Source: a virus
Virus record (IMG/VR): IMGVR_UViG_3300042691_018174
Reading direction: 5' to 3' (one strand)
Length of the DNA stretch: 64,000 bases
In this document: in pieces, positions 28,812-38,330 of the stretch
Layout of the letters: each line of letters begins with the position of its first letter
How positions within the stretch are numbered: the first letter of the stretch is position 1
Notes under the pieces: generated by a model
Seen by the model: only the letters and a program-made list of their open reading frames with translations
Databases searched by the model: none
What the model was told of the DNA's origin: nothing
Translations under genes and position numbers: made by a program

Positions 28812-30635
28812 ATGAAATTATATGAATTAGAAGAAGGTTTGAAAGATTGGTTTAAACTAGGAAAATCTTCTGACGCCGCGGCTGACACGCAGAGAGTCAT
28901 AAATCCTGAAACAGGTACTCCCAGCATATTTTCTCCAGAAAGATCTACACTGCAAAAATGGAGAGACCTTTTTACTGGAAAAAAAGACGATACATTATCT
29001 GATCTAGCAAATCAAAGACAAAGAAGAGATCCATACGTTGATGATGCAGACTTTTTTGACCCACCAACTACTTCAAATCGTGTGCCGCCTACAACTACTC
29101 AACAACAGAAGCCTGCGTTATTACAGCCTAAGTCAGATGCAACTGCGCCAGGAAATAAAAAGTCAAGTAGCAATAAAAAATCAGACGGTGGAAAATCATC
29201 AAGCAACAAGAAATCAGACGGTGGAAAATCATCAAGCAACAAGAAATCAACGAAAAAAGGTACAGATACTGATAATACTGATACTAATAATCCAGTATTG
29301 CCAGCAACACCAGCAGCGGCAGCAGCAGACAATACAGCATCTAGCACCGCGTCGGCTGCAGATAACACAGTAATTCCATCAACAGCGGCAGCAGCAGACA
29401 ATACAGCATCTAGCACTGCATCGGCTGCAGATAACACAGTAATTCCATCAACAGCGGCTGCGGATAACACAGCATCTAGCACCGCGTCGGCTGCAACTGA
29501 TACACAAAAACCTGGAATACTAGACAAGGCTGGTGATGTTGCAGACGCATGGAGACGTATGAGATATGGAACAACAGATCCTGAAGTTATTGCAAGAATT
29601 AGACAAATGGACAGAAGTCCAGCAGCAGCTCCTGGTGCAGCAAATACAGCAAATACAACAGCAGATGCTGGAACAACAGCCGCTGCAACTGATGCGCCGC
29701 CACCAGGAACATTGAGCAAAGTATTTAAAACTGCTAAGGATAATAAAATTACTACTGGAGCATTAGGTTATGGTGCATATGATTATCTAACTGGGGATGA
29801 TCCTTGGGATGTTAAAGGATTTTTGTCAAGATCTAAAGATAGACTTGGTGATCTTTGGAGTGCTAAAAAAGATTCTACAACGCCAAATGCAAACACTCAA
29901 CAAAATGCACCTGCTGCACCTGCTGCATCTGATGCAAACACTCAACAAAATGCACCAGCAGCAGATGGAGAGTATGTATTACCTGATGAGCCATTAGGTG
30001 GCGATGACAAAAAAGAAGATTTCATTAGAGAAATTTCTGAAATTATGAAACTAACAGGTCAGCGTTCAATAACACAACGAGATAATATTGCAGGCATAAT
30101 TAAAGCAAAAGAAATAAAAACATTAACTGAATCTACAGATTTGTCCGAATGCGGAGGAACAATAATGAATACAAATCAACCATCTTCTCTAAATATTTCT
30201 GCTTCGGCAGGCAGTGGAGAAGAAGTAGCAAGTATGCTACAAAGTATAATGACACTAGCAGGGGTAAGACCTGTTAGTTCTGATATGATGCCAAATGAAA
30301 GAGATCCAATGGTCATGAAATCTGATCCTGTACTAACAGCACAAATATCATCACCGGACAGTTGCAATCATACCCCCGAAGGTATGGAATGTCCTTTACA
30401 TGGCATGTCAGAATGTTCCATGGAAGAAACATATGATAACAGCCCAGAAGTCACTGAACAACCATATGATCCAGATAGCATGGCACACGTTATCAACAAG
30501 GTTTCAGCAGCCGATATGGCAACAACTCCATATCAAAGTGCCAGCAATCCTTTAGTTAAAGAGCAGGGCTTGAAGGAACAGAGCGATGTCTACAAAGGAT
30601 TATTCAAAGCCTATGAGGCCTTTAAAAATCAATAA
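28812..30635 (+). CDS. low-complexity putative internal head protein
   Basis: 607 aa, MKLYELEE start, A/T/S repeats, IMKLTG/IMTLAG motifs. Confidence 0.6.
   Translation: MKLYELEEGLKDWFKLGKSSDAAADTQRVINPETGTPSIFSPERSTLQKWRDLFTGKKDDTLSDLANQRQRRDPYVDDADFFDPPTTSNRVPPTTTQQQKPALLQPKSDATAPGNKKSSSNKKSDGGKSSSNKKSDGGKSSSNKKSTKKGTDTDNTDTNNPVLPATPAAAAADNTASSTASAADNTVIPSTAAAADNTASSTASAADNTVIPSTAAADNTASSTASAATDTQKPGILDKAGDVADAWRRMRYGTTDPEVIARIRQMDRSPAAAPGAANTANTTADAGTTAAATDAPPPGTLSKVFKTAKDNKITTGALGYGAYDYLTGDDPWDVKGFLSRSKDRLGDLWSAKKDSTTPNANTQQNAPAAPAASDANTQQNAPAADGEYVLPDEPLGGDDKKEDFIREISEIMKLTGQRSITQRDNIAGIIKAKEIKTLTESTDLSECGGTIMNTNQPSSLNISASAGSGEEVASMLQSIMTLAGVRPVSSDMMPNERDPMVMKSDPVLTAQISSPDSCNHTPEGMECPLHGMSECSMEETYDNSPEVTEQPYDPDSMAHVINKVSAADMATTPYQSASNPLVKEQGLKEQSDVYKGLFKAYEAFKNQ
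29165..29495 (+). repeat. coding tandem repeats (33-bp KKSDGGKSSSN; ~69-bp AAADNTASSTASAADNTVIPST)
   Basis: Read from DNA and protein. Confidence 0.85.
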
Positions 30636-30693
30636 TAAATATTTTTAAGGTTGAAGGAGATCGAGACCTGCATTATGCAGGTCTCTGTATTTT
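30636..30693 (+). promoter_or_regulatory. terminase leader: TAAATA, SD AAGGAG and 10-bp perfect hairpin
   Basis: TAAATA 30636-41; AAGGAG 30654-59; GAGACCTGCA-TTA-TGCAGGTCTC 30663-85. Confidence 0.7.
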
Positions 30694-32265
30694 ATGGGAA
30701 AAAGTCTAGAAGGCGTATTAGTTAAAAAAGCACACGTTAGGCAGCGGTGGTCTGAAGAAGAAATCAGTCATCTTGCCAAATGTAGTGATCCTGTGACTGG
30801 TCCGGAATATTTTATACGAAATTTCTTTTACATACAACATCCTACACGCGGGCAAATGTTGTTTGAACCTTTTGAATTTCAAACTAGATTATTGTATAGC
30901 TATCATCATTACAGATTTAATGTAAACATGATGCCTAGACAAACAGGCAAAACTACCACAGCAGCTGGATATTTGTTATGGTATGCCATGTTTATTCCTG
31001 ACAGCACTATATTAATCGCTGCACACAAATATACTGGTGCTCAAGAAATTATGCAGCGTATTCGATACGCTTATGAATTATGTCCTGATTTTTTACGTGC
31101 AGGTGTTACATCATATAACAAAGGTAGTGTAGAATTTGATAATGGTAGTCGAATAGTAAGTGCTACTACTACAGGTAATACAGGTCGTGGTATGAGTATT
31201 TCATTACTATACTGTGATGAGTTCGCATTTGTGCCGCCAAACATCGCCACTGAATTCTGGACTTCTATCTCTCCTACTTTGGCCACAGGTGGTAAAGCTA
31301 TTATCACATCAACACCAAACAGTGATGAAGATCAATTTGCTATCATATGGACTGAAGCAAATAAACAATTTGATGAGTATGGTAATGAAAATGATGTAGG
31401 CATCAACGGATTCCATCCTTTTAAGGCACATTGGAGTGAACACCCAGAAAGGGATGAAGAGTGGGCCAATCAAGAAAGAAGCAGGATTGGTGAAGAAAGA
31501 TTCCGTAGAGAACATGAGTGCGAGTTCATTATATTTGATGAAACACTTATCAACAGTATAACACTCAGTGAAATGAAGGGTGTTGAACCAATAATGAAAA
31601 TGGGTCAAACTAGATGGTATGATAGAATCAAAAAAGATAAGACTTATTTGATTAGTTTAGATCCTAGTCTAGGCACAGGCGGAGATTATGCTGCTATTGA
31701 AGTTTTTGAATTACCTGGCATGGCGCAGGTAGCAGAATGGCAACATAATAATACTCCAGTACAACAACAGGTTCGTATTCTCAAAGAAATTTGCAAGTAT
31801 ATCAGTGAACAAGCAGAGCAAGTTGCAGGGTCGCCCAAAATATACTACAGCGTAGAAAATAATACCCTAGGCGAAGCTGCATTAGTGGCTATAAATGAGT
31901 TAGGCGAAGAAAACATACAAGGGTTATTTTTAAGTGAACCTATACGTAAAGGACATGTACGCAAGTTCCGTAAAGGGTTCAATACCACACATAATTCCAA
32001 AATAGCAGCCTGCTCAAAACTAAAACAATTAATAGAAACTAATACCATCAAAATAAACAGTAAAGTTCTAATATCGCAACTCAAAGCATTTATTGCCCGG
32101 GGAACTACTTTTGCAGCCAAAAGTGGGGAATCAGATGACCTAGTAATGAGTTTGCTATTGTCCGTTAGAATGTTGGGTGTTCTAAGCGATTGGGATCCTT
32201 CTGTGTACGATTTACTTAGACACGGGGAAGAAATCGTTATGCCCATGCCCATATTGATGAGTTAA
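30694..32265 (+). CDS. gp17: terminase large subunit
   Basis: PRQTGKT Walker A, LLYCDEFAF Walker B, ITSTPN, DPSLG.GGD, DDLVM. Confidence 0.97.
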   Translation: MGKSLEGVLVKKAHVRQRWSEEEISHLAKCSDPVTGPEYFIRNFFYIQHPTRGQMLFEPFEFQTRLLYSYHHYRFNVNMMPRQTGKTTTAAGYLLWYAMFIPDSTILIAAHKYTGAQEIMQRIRYAYELCPDFLRAGVTSYNKGSVEFDNGSRIVSATTTGNTGRGMSISLLYCDEFAFVPPNIATEFWTSISPTLATGGKAIITSTPNSDEDQFAIIWTEANKQFDEYGNENDVGINGFHPFKAHWSEHPERDEEWANQERSRIGEERFRREHECEFIIFDETLINSITLSEMKGVEPIMKMGQTRWYDRIKKDKTYLISLDPSLGTGGDYAAIEVFELPGMAQVAEWQHNNTPVQQQVRILKEICKYISEQAEQVAGSPKIYYSVENNTLGEAALVAINELGEENIQGLFLSEPIRKGHVRKFRKGFNTTHNSKIAACSKLKQLIETNTIKINSKVLISQLKAFIARGTTFAAKSGESDDLVMSLLLSVRMLGVLSDWDPSVYDLLRHGEEIVMPMPILMS

Positions 32266-32271
32266 AAAGCA

Positions 32272-32277
32272 TAAATA
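32272..32277 (+). promoter_or_regulatory. late promoter core TAAATA, 5 nt before ATG
   Basis: ATAAATA-TTAAC-ATG. Confidence 0.7.
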
Positions 32278-32282
32278 TTAAC

Positions 32283-34997
32283 ATGATTAATCAAGACATC
32301 ATTGCACAAGACCTTTTCTATAAAATCCGTAGCAGATTTCCCAAAATGGAGATGGGCGACGAAACTGGGCAACCTACATTTGAAGCTACCAAAGGCAGAT
32401 TCTTTGACTTCGATGCAGTGTTTGAAACTGTAAACTTAGGTACAGTTAGCATCAGTATAAATGAGCCAGGTAGCTTAAAATTATATTTTAGTAGAAATAT
32501 ATTAGAAAACGTCGACGATCTTACTTCTAGGACATGGTTTAAATTTCTCAGAGAGATGAGAAAATTTGCTATGAAAAGATTAATGAGTTTTGATACTAGA
32601 GATATCACAAAAACAAATTTAGATAAAAGAGATTATACATATCTTGCTAATAAGGAATCAGTCATGAATGAATCATCAATTAGAGGTACCAGCAGAACTA
32701 GTTATATGCCACTAGAAGGCTTGGAAAGAACACGGTTAATTATAAGGCACAAGAAAAAGGTTGATGAGAATATTCCAGGAGCGAGAAGTAGAAATATTGA
32801 AAGTCTCTTTATTGAAAACGCATCAGGCGAGAGATTCAAATATCCTTTCCAACATTTGTCAGGCGCAAAAGCTATGCAGCGTCATGTGGCTAACGGCGGA
32901 GTACCACACGACCCCGTAGGTCAAGAAATCATTCAACTCAGCGAGCAAATAGCTCAGTTATCATCCTTCAAACAATATGTTTATAAAGAAGACCTGATGA
33001 ATAGTGAAACTAACCACATAGTGGATCGAGCAAATGTAAAGTTACAGAATATAAAAGAGCTAATGCATAGATTACAAAAACAACATCATTATGAATCTTT
33101 TAAACAAAAAATTGAATTAGGTTCCTCAGATAACGAACCATTAATAGATGAAGTTACTATCAAAGAATACAGAGATAAATTTACCGTAAAGAATTTTAAA
33201 GAAGATATTGCAAGTGTATTTCCTTTACTTTATTCCATTATGCAAGAAGAAGGAGTCGATTTAGAAACTGTTAGTTCGGAAGGGCTTGACACATCTAAAA
33301 TAGAAGAACATGGCGATGCTAAAATTGGTCCAGAAGAAATGTTTGAAAATTGGGCCGACACGTTAATTGAAACCAAATTAACTCCAGAAAAACTTGATAG
33401 CCTAAAAGAATTAGTTAGCGAGCATTTTCCTTTAGGTAACAATGGTGAAAATACTGTGGGTGCTTTAGAGGAAATTGGTTTAAAACTTCCTGAGAATTTT
33501 AAAAAGGAACTTGCTGAACTTGCAGAAACTGCAGGGCCCGATACAGATTCTAAAGACATAGTAATTGAATATTTGAGCCAATATGAGCCAGAAGTTCATG
33601 GAGCATTGGGATTAGAACAAGATGTCCAAGAAGGCACAGAACAAGGAATTGTTATCAACGGAAAAGAAGTTGATCTAAGCAGCTTAGAAGTTGATGGAAT
33701 TGATACTAGAGACTCACCTGACTTCAGTGACTCATATTTTAGTGCAGGTAGTTTTACAGATGGAACTGAAATGAATGATAGTGAGTTAGAACAGCTAAGA
33801 GATGAACATGGTGATTTATTACACGAATTAGTTTGGGATAGTCTACACGAAACGCAAGGAATAGCGGAAAACGAAGTCCCCCATCCAAAAGAATTAGAGA
33901 TGGACGCTAAAGTCCGTTCAATGCAAATACAACAACGTGCTGACGCTGCAGAAAAAAGATTAGCAGACCGCCAAGCAGAACCAAAAACTTTTGTTCAAAA
34001 AATTGCAAGAGACATTGGCGATCCATTGAAACAGCTGGCAAGAGGTGATGTAAAGGCTTCATTATTTGATCCTCCGGCCTCATTGACAAATAAAGTTGGC
34101 AGCGGAAGTGCTACCGGTAGAATGACTGGTGGTGGCGGCATGGGCGGTGGTGGTGGCATGGGCGGTGGCGGCTTTAAGAGACCAGGCGATGATAGATTTA
34201 ATCAATTAAAGTTGGAAGGAAATGAAGACCAAACCCCAGAAGAAAAACAAATGGCTAGAGATTTTATTATGGCAGTAGCCACTAAAATTAAATCAGGCGA
34301 AATTGATCCTTCAGAAGTCGAACAAGAATTTTTTAATACATTGCCATTTTTCGGAGTCAACGATGATCAGGCAATGGCTGCATGGGATAGGATTACACAG
34401 TCTCCAGAACCTAAAGAGAAAAAACCAGCAATGAGCGACAAGGATATTGATGCTGAATTGAAAGGGGTTTCTTCAAATGATGAAGAAGATGACGCTTCAT
34501 TCCTTGCTAACTTAAGGAATAAAGCCAAGTCTGGCGGTATTAAACAAGATACCAGTGGTTTTGGTACAGGGTTAGATGAAGTTAATGACGAAGATAATAA
34601 CAAATCTAAAACTAAAGAGATCGCAGAATTTATTATGAGTTTTTTCAATGCAGAGGAAGGCAATTTCCCATTAGGTGAAAAAGCAGTGGCACTAAAGGTA
34701 GGAAAAGAGTTTGGCGATAGATATGAAAAAGTTGCCGAAATGCTCTGCAGAAGTATGAATGAACAAAGAGTGGAAAGAGATGCTTTTGAAGAATTAAAAG
34801 TATTAAGCGGAATGAAAAAACCAGCTGAGGGAAATTACTTTGGTAATCAAGTAAGACTTGCCAAAGAGAAAGGTTTGAAAAACGCTGACCTAGACGGCGA
34901 CGGCGACATGGAACCAGTAACTGGTGAAGATTTATCTTCTGTAGATGAAGGTAATTCCGAATTTGCTAGAATAAAAAAATTAGCAGGTATGAAATAA
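32283..34997 (+). CDS. large acidic modular protein, putative prohead core/internal protein
   Basis: 904 aa; late promoter; modules bounded by hydrophobic-x-E; ends RIKKLAGMK. Confidence 0.6.
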   Translation: MINQDIIAQDLFYKIRSRFPKMEMGDETGQPTFEATKGRFFDFDAVFETVNLGTVSISINEPGSLKLYFSRNILENVDDLTSRTWFKFLREMRKFAMKRLMSFDTRDITKTNLDKRDYTYLANKESVMNESSIRGTSRTSYMPLEGLERTRLIIRHKKKVDENIPGARSRNIESLFIENASGERFKYPFQHLSGAKAMQRHVANGGVPHDPVGQEIIQLSEQIAQLSSFKQYVYKEDLMNSETNHIVDRANVKLQNIKELMHRLQKQHHYESFKQKIELGSSDNEPLIDEVTIKEYRDKFTVKNFKEDIASVFPLLYSIMQEEGVDLETVSSEGLDTSKIEEHGDAKIGPEEMFENWADTLIETKLTPEKLDSLKELVSEHFPLGNNGENTVGALEEIGLKLPENFKKELAELAETAGPDTDSKDIVIEYLSQYEPEVHGALGLEQDVQEGTEQGIVINGKEVDLSSLEVDGIDTRDSPDFSDSYFSAGSFTDGTEMNDSELEQLRDEHGDLLHELVWDSLHETQGIAENEVPHPKELEMDAKVRSMQIQQRADAAEKRLADRQAEPKTFVQKIARDIGDPLKQLARGDVKASLFDPPASLTNKVGSGSATGRMTGGGGMGGGGGMGGGGFKRPGDDRFNQLKLEGNEDQTPEEKQMARDFIMAVATKIKSGEIDPSEVEQEFFNTLPFFGVNDDQAMAAWDRITQSPEPKEKKPAMSDKDIDAELKGVSSNDEEDDASFLANLRNKAKSGGIKQDTSGFGTGLDEVNDEDNNKSKTKEIAEFIMSFFNAEEGNFPLGEKAVALKVGKEFGDRYEKVAEMLCRSMNEQRVERDAFEELKVLSGMKKPAEGNYFGNQVRLAKEKGLKNADLDGDGDMEPVTGEDLSSVDEGNSEFARIKKLAGMK

Positions 34998-35011
34998 GTC
35001 TATCAAAATAC

Positions 35012-35056
35012 TTGACAGACTAAATAAAAACGCATACTATTATGTATGCGTTTTTT
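35012..35056 (+). promoter_or_regulatory. sigma70 promoter overlapping TAAATA and a terminator-like hairpin
   Basis: TTGACA-17-TACTAT; AAAAACGCATAC-TATTAT-GTATGCGTTTTTT. Confidence 0.7.
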
Positions 35057-35117
35057 GTTTGTGTAGTTGCACAGACAAACTAAGGCAAAACAAAGGCACA
35101 TATAAGGAGAAAAAATT

Positions 35118-36104
35118 ATGGCAACTTTGGCTGAAATTAGAGCAAAACTTCAAGAACAAAACAACCGCCAATCGGGCGGATCATCAGGCGGTGGCGATAA
35201 TGCCATCTATCCACACTGGAACATGGACGAAGGTAAAGAAGCAATTGTCCGTTTTCTTCCAGACAACGATCCTAGTAACACATTCTTTTGGGCAGAACGT
35301 GCCATGATCAAATTGCCATTCGCTGGCATTAAAGGTCAAACAGATTCACGTCCTGTAACTGTACAAGTTCCTTGTATGGAAATGTGGGGAGAAACATGTC
35401 CAATTCTATCCGAGGTACGTCCTTGGTTTAAAGATAAAAGTTTAGAAGACATGGGTCGTAAGTATTGGAAAAAGAAATCATATGTTTTCCAAGGATTTGT
35501 TCAAGATCCTAATCCAATCGCTGAAGAAAAAACTCCTGCGAATCCTATTCGTAGATTTATTATTGGTCCACAAATTTTCAATATCATCAAAGGTGCTTTG
35601 ATGGATAATGAGATTGAAGAACTTCCAACCGATTATGTTCGTGGTTTGGACTTTAAAATTATCAAAACAACTAAAGGTGGTTATGCAGACTACAGTACCA
35701 GTAAATGGGGCCGTAGAGAACGTGCATTAACTGATTTTGAACAATCCGCCATTAAAGAACATGGCTTGTTCAATCTTAAGGACTTCCTACCTAAGAAGCC
35801 AACTGATGTTGAACTAAAAGTTATCAAACAGATGTTTGAAGCATCTGTAGATGGCGAAGCGTTTGATATGGATAAGTGGGGACAATATTTCAAACCTGCT
35901 GGAGTTACTGGTAGTACATCATCTTCAAACAATGATATTGAAGTTGATACTACTGTAGAAGTTGTTACCCCTAAGGTAATTTCAAATAAGGAATCCACTG
36001 TAGAAGATACTTCTGAAAAAACAGAAAATAAATCTTCTAGTAGTGAACGTGCTCAAGATATCCTTGCGGCTATTAGAGCTCGCCAACAAAACAAAGACAA
36101 CTAA
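35118..36104 (+). CDS. gp32: single-stranded DNA-binding protein
   Basis: IVRFLP, C....ETCPI, G.DFKI.KT.KGG.ADYSTSKW. Confidence 0.9.
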   Translation: MATLAEIRAKLQEQNNRQSGGSSGGGDNAIYPHWNMDEGKEAIVRFLPDNDPSNTFFWAERAMIKLPFAGIKGQTDSRPVTVQVPCMEMWGETCPILSEVRPWFKDKSLEDMGRKYWKKKSYVFQGFVQDPNPIAEEKTPANPIRRFIIGPQIFNIIKGALMDNEIEELPTDYVRGLDFKIIKTTKGGYADYSTSKWGRRERALTDFEQSAIKEHGLFNLKDFLPKKPTDVELKVIKQMFEASVDGEAFDMDKWGQYFKPAGVTGSTSSSNNDIEVDTTVEVVTPKVISNKESTVEDTSEKTENKSSSSERAQDILAAIRARQQNKDN

Positions 36105-36121
36105 TTTAGGAGGGTTTACGA

Positions 36122-37177
36122 ATGGCTAAGGCATTTGATGTGTCTAAGTTTCGTAAAACCCTCACTAAGTCTATTGACGGGCTTGGTGTTGGTTTTAACG
36201 ATCCTACAGACTGGATTAGTACCGGAAACTATGCATTAAACTATTTGATCAGTGGTGATTTTAAAAGAGGAGTCCCACTAGGAAAAGTTACGGTATTTGC
36301 GGGAGAAAGTGGAGCAGGTAAAAGTTTTATCTGTTCTGGCAACCTTGTGCGTCATGCACAAGAACAAGGCATTTATGTAGTTTTAATTGATACAGAAAAT
36401 GCACTGGATGAAAAATGGTTACACGATTTAGGTGTTGATACTAATGAAGATAAACTTCTTAAACTTAACATAGCAATGATTGACGACGTTGCTAAGACTA
36501 TTAACGAGTTCATGAAAGAATATAAAACAATGGAAGATCGTCCCAAAGTTTTATTTGTTGTAGATAGTCTTGGAATGTTATTGACACCTACAGATGTTAA
36601 TCAATTTGAAGCAGGAGATCTTAAAGGTGATATGGGTAGAAAGCCTAAAGCTCTTACGGCGTTGGTTCGTAATTGTGTTAATATGTTTGGTAGTCATAAT
36701 GTTGGACTAATAGCAACTAATCACACATATGCAAGTCAAGACATGTTTGATCCGGACGATAAGATCTCAGGTGGTCAAGGGTTTATCTATGCGTCAAGTA
36801 TTGTTGTTGCTATGAAAAAGCTCAAACTTAAAGAAGATGACGATGGTAATAAAATTACAGAAGTGCGTGGAATACGTGCAGCTTGTAAGGTTATGAAAAC
36901 TCGTTATGCTAAACCCTTTGAAAGTGTACAAGTTAAAATTCCTTATGAGACTGGTATGAACCCTTATAGTGGATTAGTTGATATGTTTGAATCTAAAGGA
37001 CTATTAAAGAAAGACGGTAATTCACTTTCTTATATTACTCCTGATGGTGAAATAATCAAACAATTCAGAAAAGCATGGGAAAGAAACGAAAAGAACGGTT
37101 TAGATGTAATTATGGCTAACTATAATAATTCAGTTAACACACAGTACGTTGCTGATGAACAAACAGAGGAAGCATAA
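36122..37177 (+). CDS. uvsX: RecA-like recombinase
   Basis: GESGAGKS, DTENA, VVDSLG, GDMG, SGGQG. Confidence 0.95.
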   Translation: MAKAFDVSKFRKTLTKSIDGLGVGFNDPTDWISTGNYALNYLISGDFKRGVPLGKVTVFAGESGAGKSFICSGNLVRHAQEQGIYVVLIDTENALDEKWLHDLGVDTNEDKLLKLNIAMIDDVAKTINEFMKEYKTMEDRPKVLFVVDSLGMLLTPTDVNQFEAGDLKGDMGRKPKALTALVRNCVNMFGSHNVGLIATNHTYASQDMFDPDDKISGGQGFIYASSIVVAMKKLKLKEDDDGNKITEVRGIRAACKVMKTRYAKPFESVQVKIPYETGMNPYSGLVDMFESKGLLKKDGNSLSYITPDGEIIKQFRKAWERNEKNGLDVIMANYNNSVNTQYVADEQTEEA

Positions 37178-37182
37178 CTATC

Positions 37183-37425
37183 ATGGATGAACAACTCATT
37201 ATCGAAACATGGGATTTGTTTAAAGAATATATCCCGACAAAAAATTTAGAAACTGCGGCAAATCATTTTGTTGATTTCTTAGTAGATCACGATGTTGACG
37301 AAGATGTTTTAAATGGTTTAATTGGTATGGATTCAACCCTCGATGACGCTATCAAATCGATGTTAAAGGAATTAGATGGCTATGAGGATGAAGAAGAAAT
37401 TGACCTTGACGATGAGGAATATTGA
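37183..37425 (+). CDS. small acidic hypothetical protein
   Basis: 80 aa between uvsX and uvsY. Confidence 0.75.
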   Translation: MDEQLIIETWDLFKEYIPTKNLETAANHFVDFLVDHDVDEDVLNGLIGMDSTLDDAIKSMLKELDGYEDEEEIDLDDEEY

Positions 37426-37877
37426 TGTGGTACAACAAGGTAAGTAAGGATATATCCGAATTACCTGCATGTCTGGAATACTATTACGTAGAATTAGAGG
37501 AAGCTAGGAGAGAATGTAAAATCAATGGCAACATTGAGAGACTCTCCTCTTCCCTTCCAGGCATAGTAGAACATAGATTCAATCAACTTCAAGAGATAGA
37601 GGCAATTTTAGAATATCTCAATATAGAACTACGACGACTTAGAAGTAAAACATTTAAAAAATATTTAGAAAATTATCAGCGGGCGTTGTCAAGTAGAGAT
37701 GTAGAAAAGTATGTCGATGGCGAAGCAGATGTTGTTGATTTTGAAAAGTTGATTAATGAATTTGCATTAATCAGAAACAAATGGCTTGGTATTATTAAGT
37801 CATTAGATATTAAACAGTGGCAGATGAGCAATATTATAAAACTTAGAACTGCCGGTATGGAAGATGTGACACTATGA
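37425..37877 (+). CDS. uvsY: recombination mediator
   Basis: Helical; YVDGE, K.WQMSNIIKLR; context. Confidence 0.8.
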   Translation: MWYNKVSKDISELPACLEYYYVELEEARRECKINGNIERLSSSLPGIVEHRFNQLQEIEAILEYLNIELRRLRSKTFKKYLENYQRALSSRDVEKYVDGEADVVDFEKLINEFALIRNKWLGIIKSLDIKQWQMSNIIKLRTAGMEDVTL

Positions 37878-38299
37878 CTAGAAAAATTTATATAGGCGAT
37901 GTTGGTGGTTCAGTAGACGAGTGTAAGGATAGACTACAAAGAAAAAGTGAGGAAAGACTTTTATTTGAAGTTATCACTGTCGATGATTTAAAGAAAAAAG
38001 AATTATCTAAGAATGTAACTAAAGAAACTTTAAAATTTTATATTCCTGCTCTAAGTAAATTTTATGGCCAAGCTCTTTATGTCCCTAGTAATTATGTACC
38101 AAAGTTAGATATAGATCTGTTTTTCAGTGTCAGGGCTCATAAAAATTTAGGATCGATAGTTCATTTTATTAAACATGATATTTGGTATTTTGATTGCGCT
38201 TCGCCGGAAGCCCAAAAATTAAACATTTTTTATGTTGATAGTATTGATGCACACACTATCAAAAATGCCATTAACATTGAAACTATAGAAAATATTTGA
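37874..38299 (+). CDS. degenerate glycosyltransferase-like protein
   Basis: IYIG, F.IP.L..F.G.ALY, FDC..P...KL pattern without DxD. Confidence 0.45.
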   Translation: MTRKIYIGDVGGSVDECKDRLQRKSEERLLFEVITVDDLKKKELSKNVTKETLKFYIPALSKFYGQALYVPSNYVPKLDIDLFFSVRAHKNLGSIVHFIKHDIWYFDCASPEAQKLNIFYVDSIDAHTIKNAINIETIENI

Positions 38300-38324
38300 C
38301 TTTCTTCAATTATTCGTTTACAAT
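38296..38324 (+). promoter_or_regulatory. sigma70 promoter, probably leaderless
   Basis: TTGACT-17-TACAAT, ATG 6 nt later. Confidence 0.75.
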
Positions 38325-38330
38325 ATTAAA

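Noticed and set aside
27109-29495. 36-bp and other tandem repeats as CRISPR
   Set aside because: Contiguous, in-frame, no spacers; they encode low-complexity peptide
28080-29719. Long antisense ORFs (211 and 206 aa) and other opposite-strand ORFs inside large genes
   Set aside because: Shadows of biased codon usage; no RBS or promoter, fully overlapped by better genes
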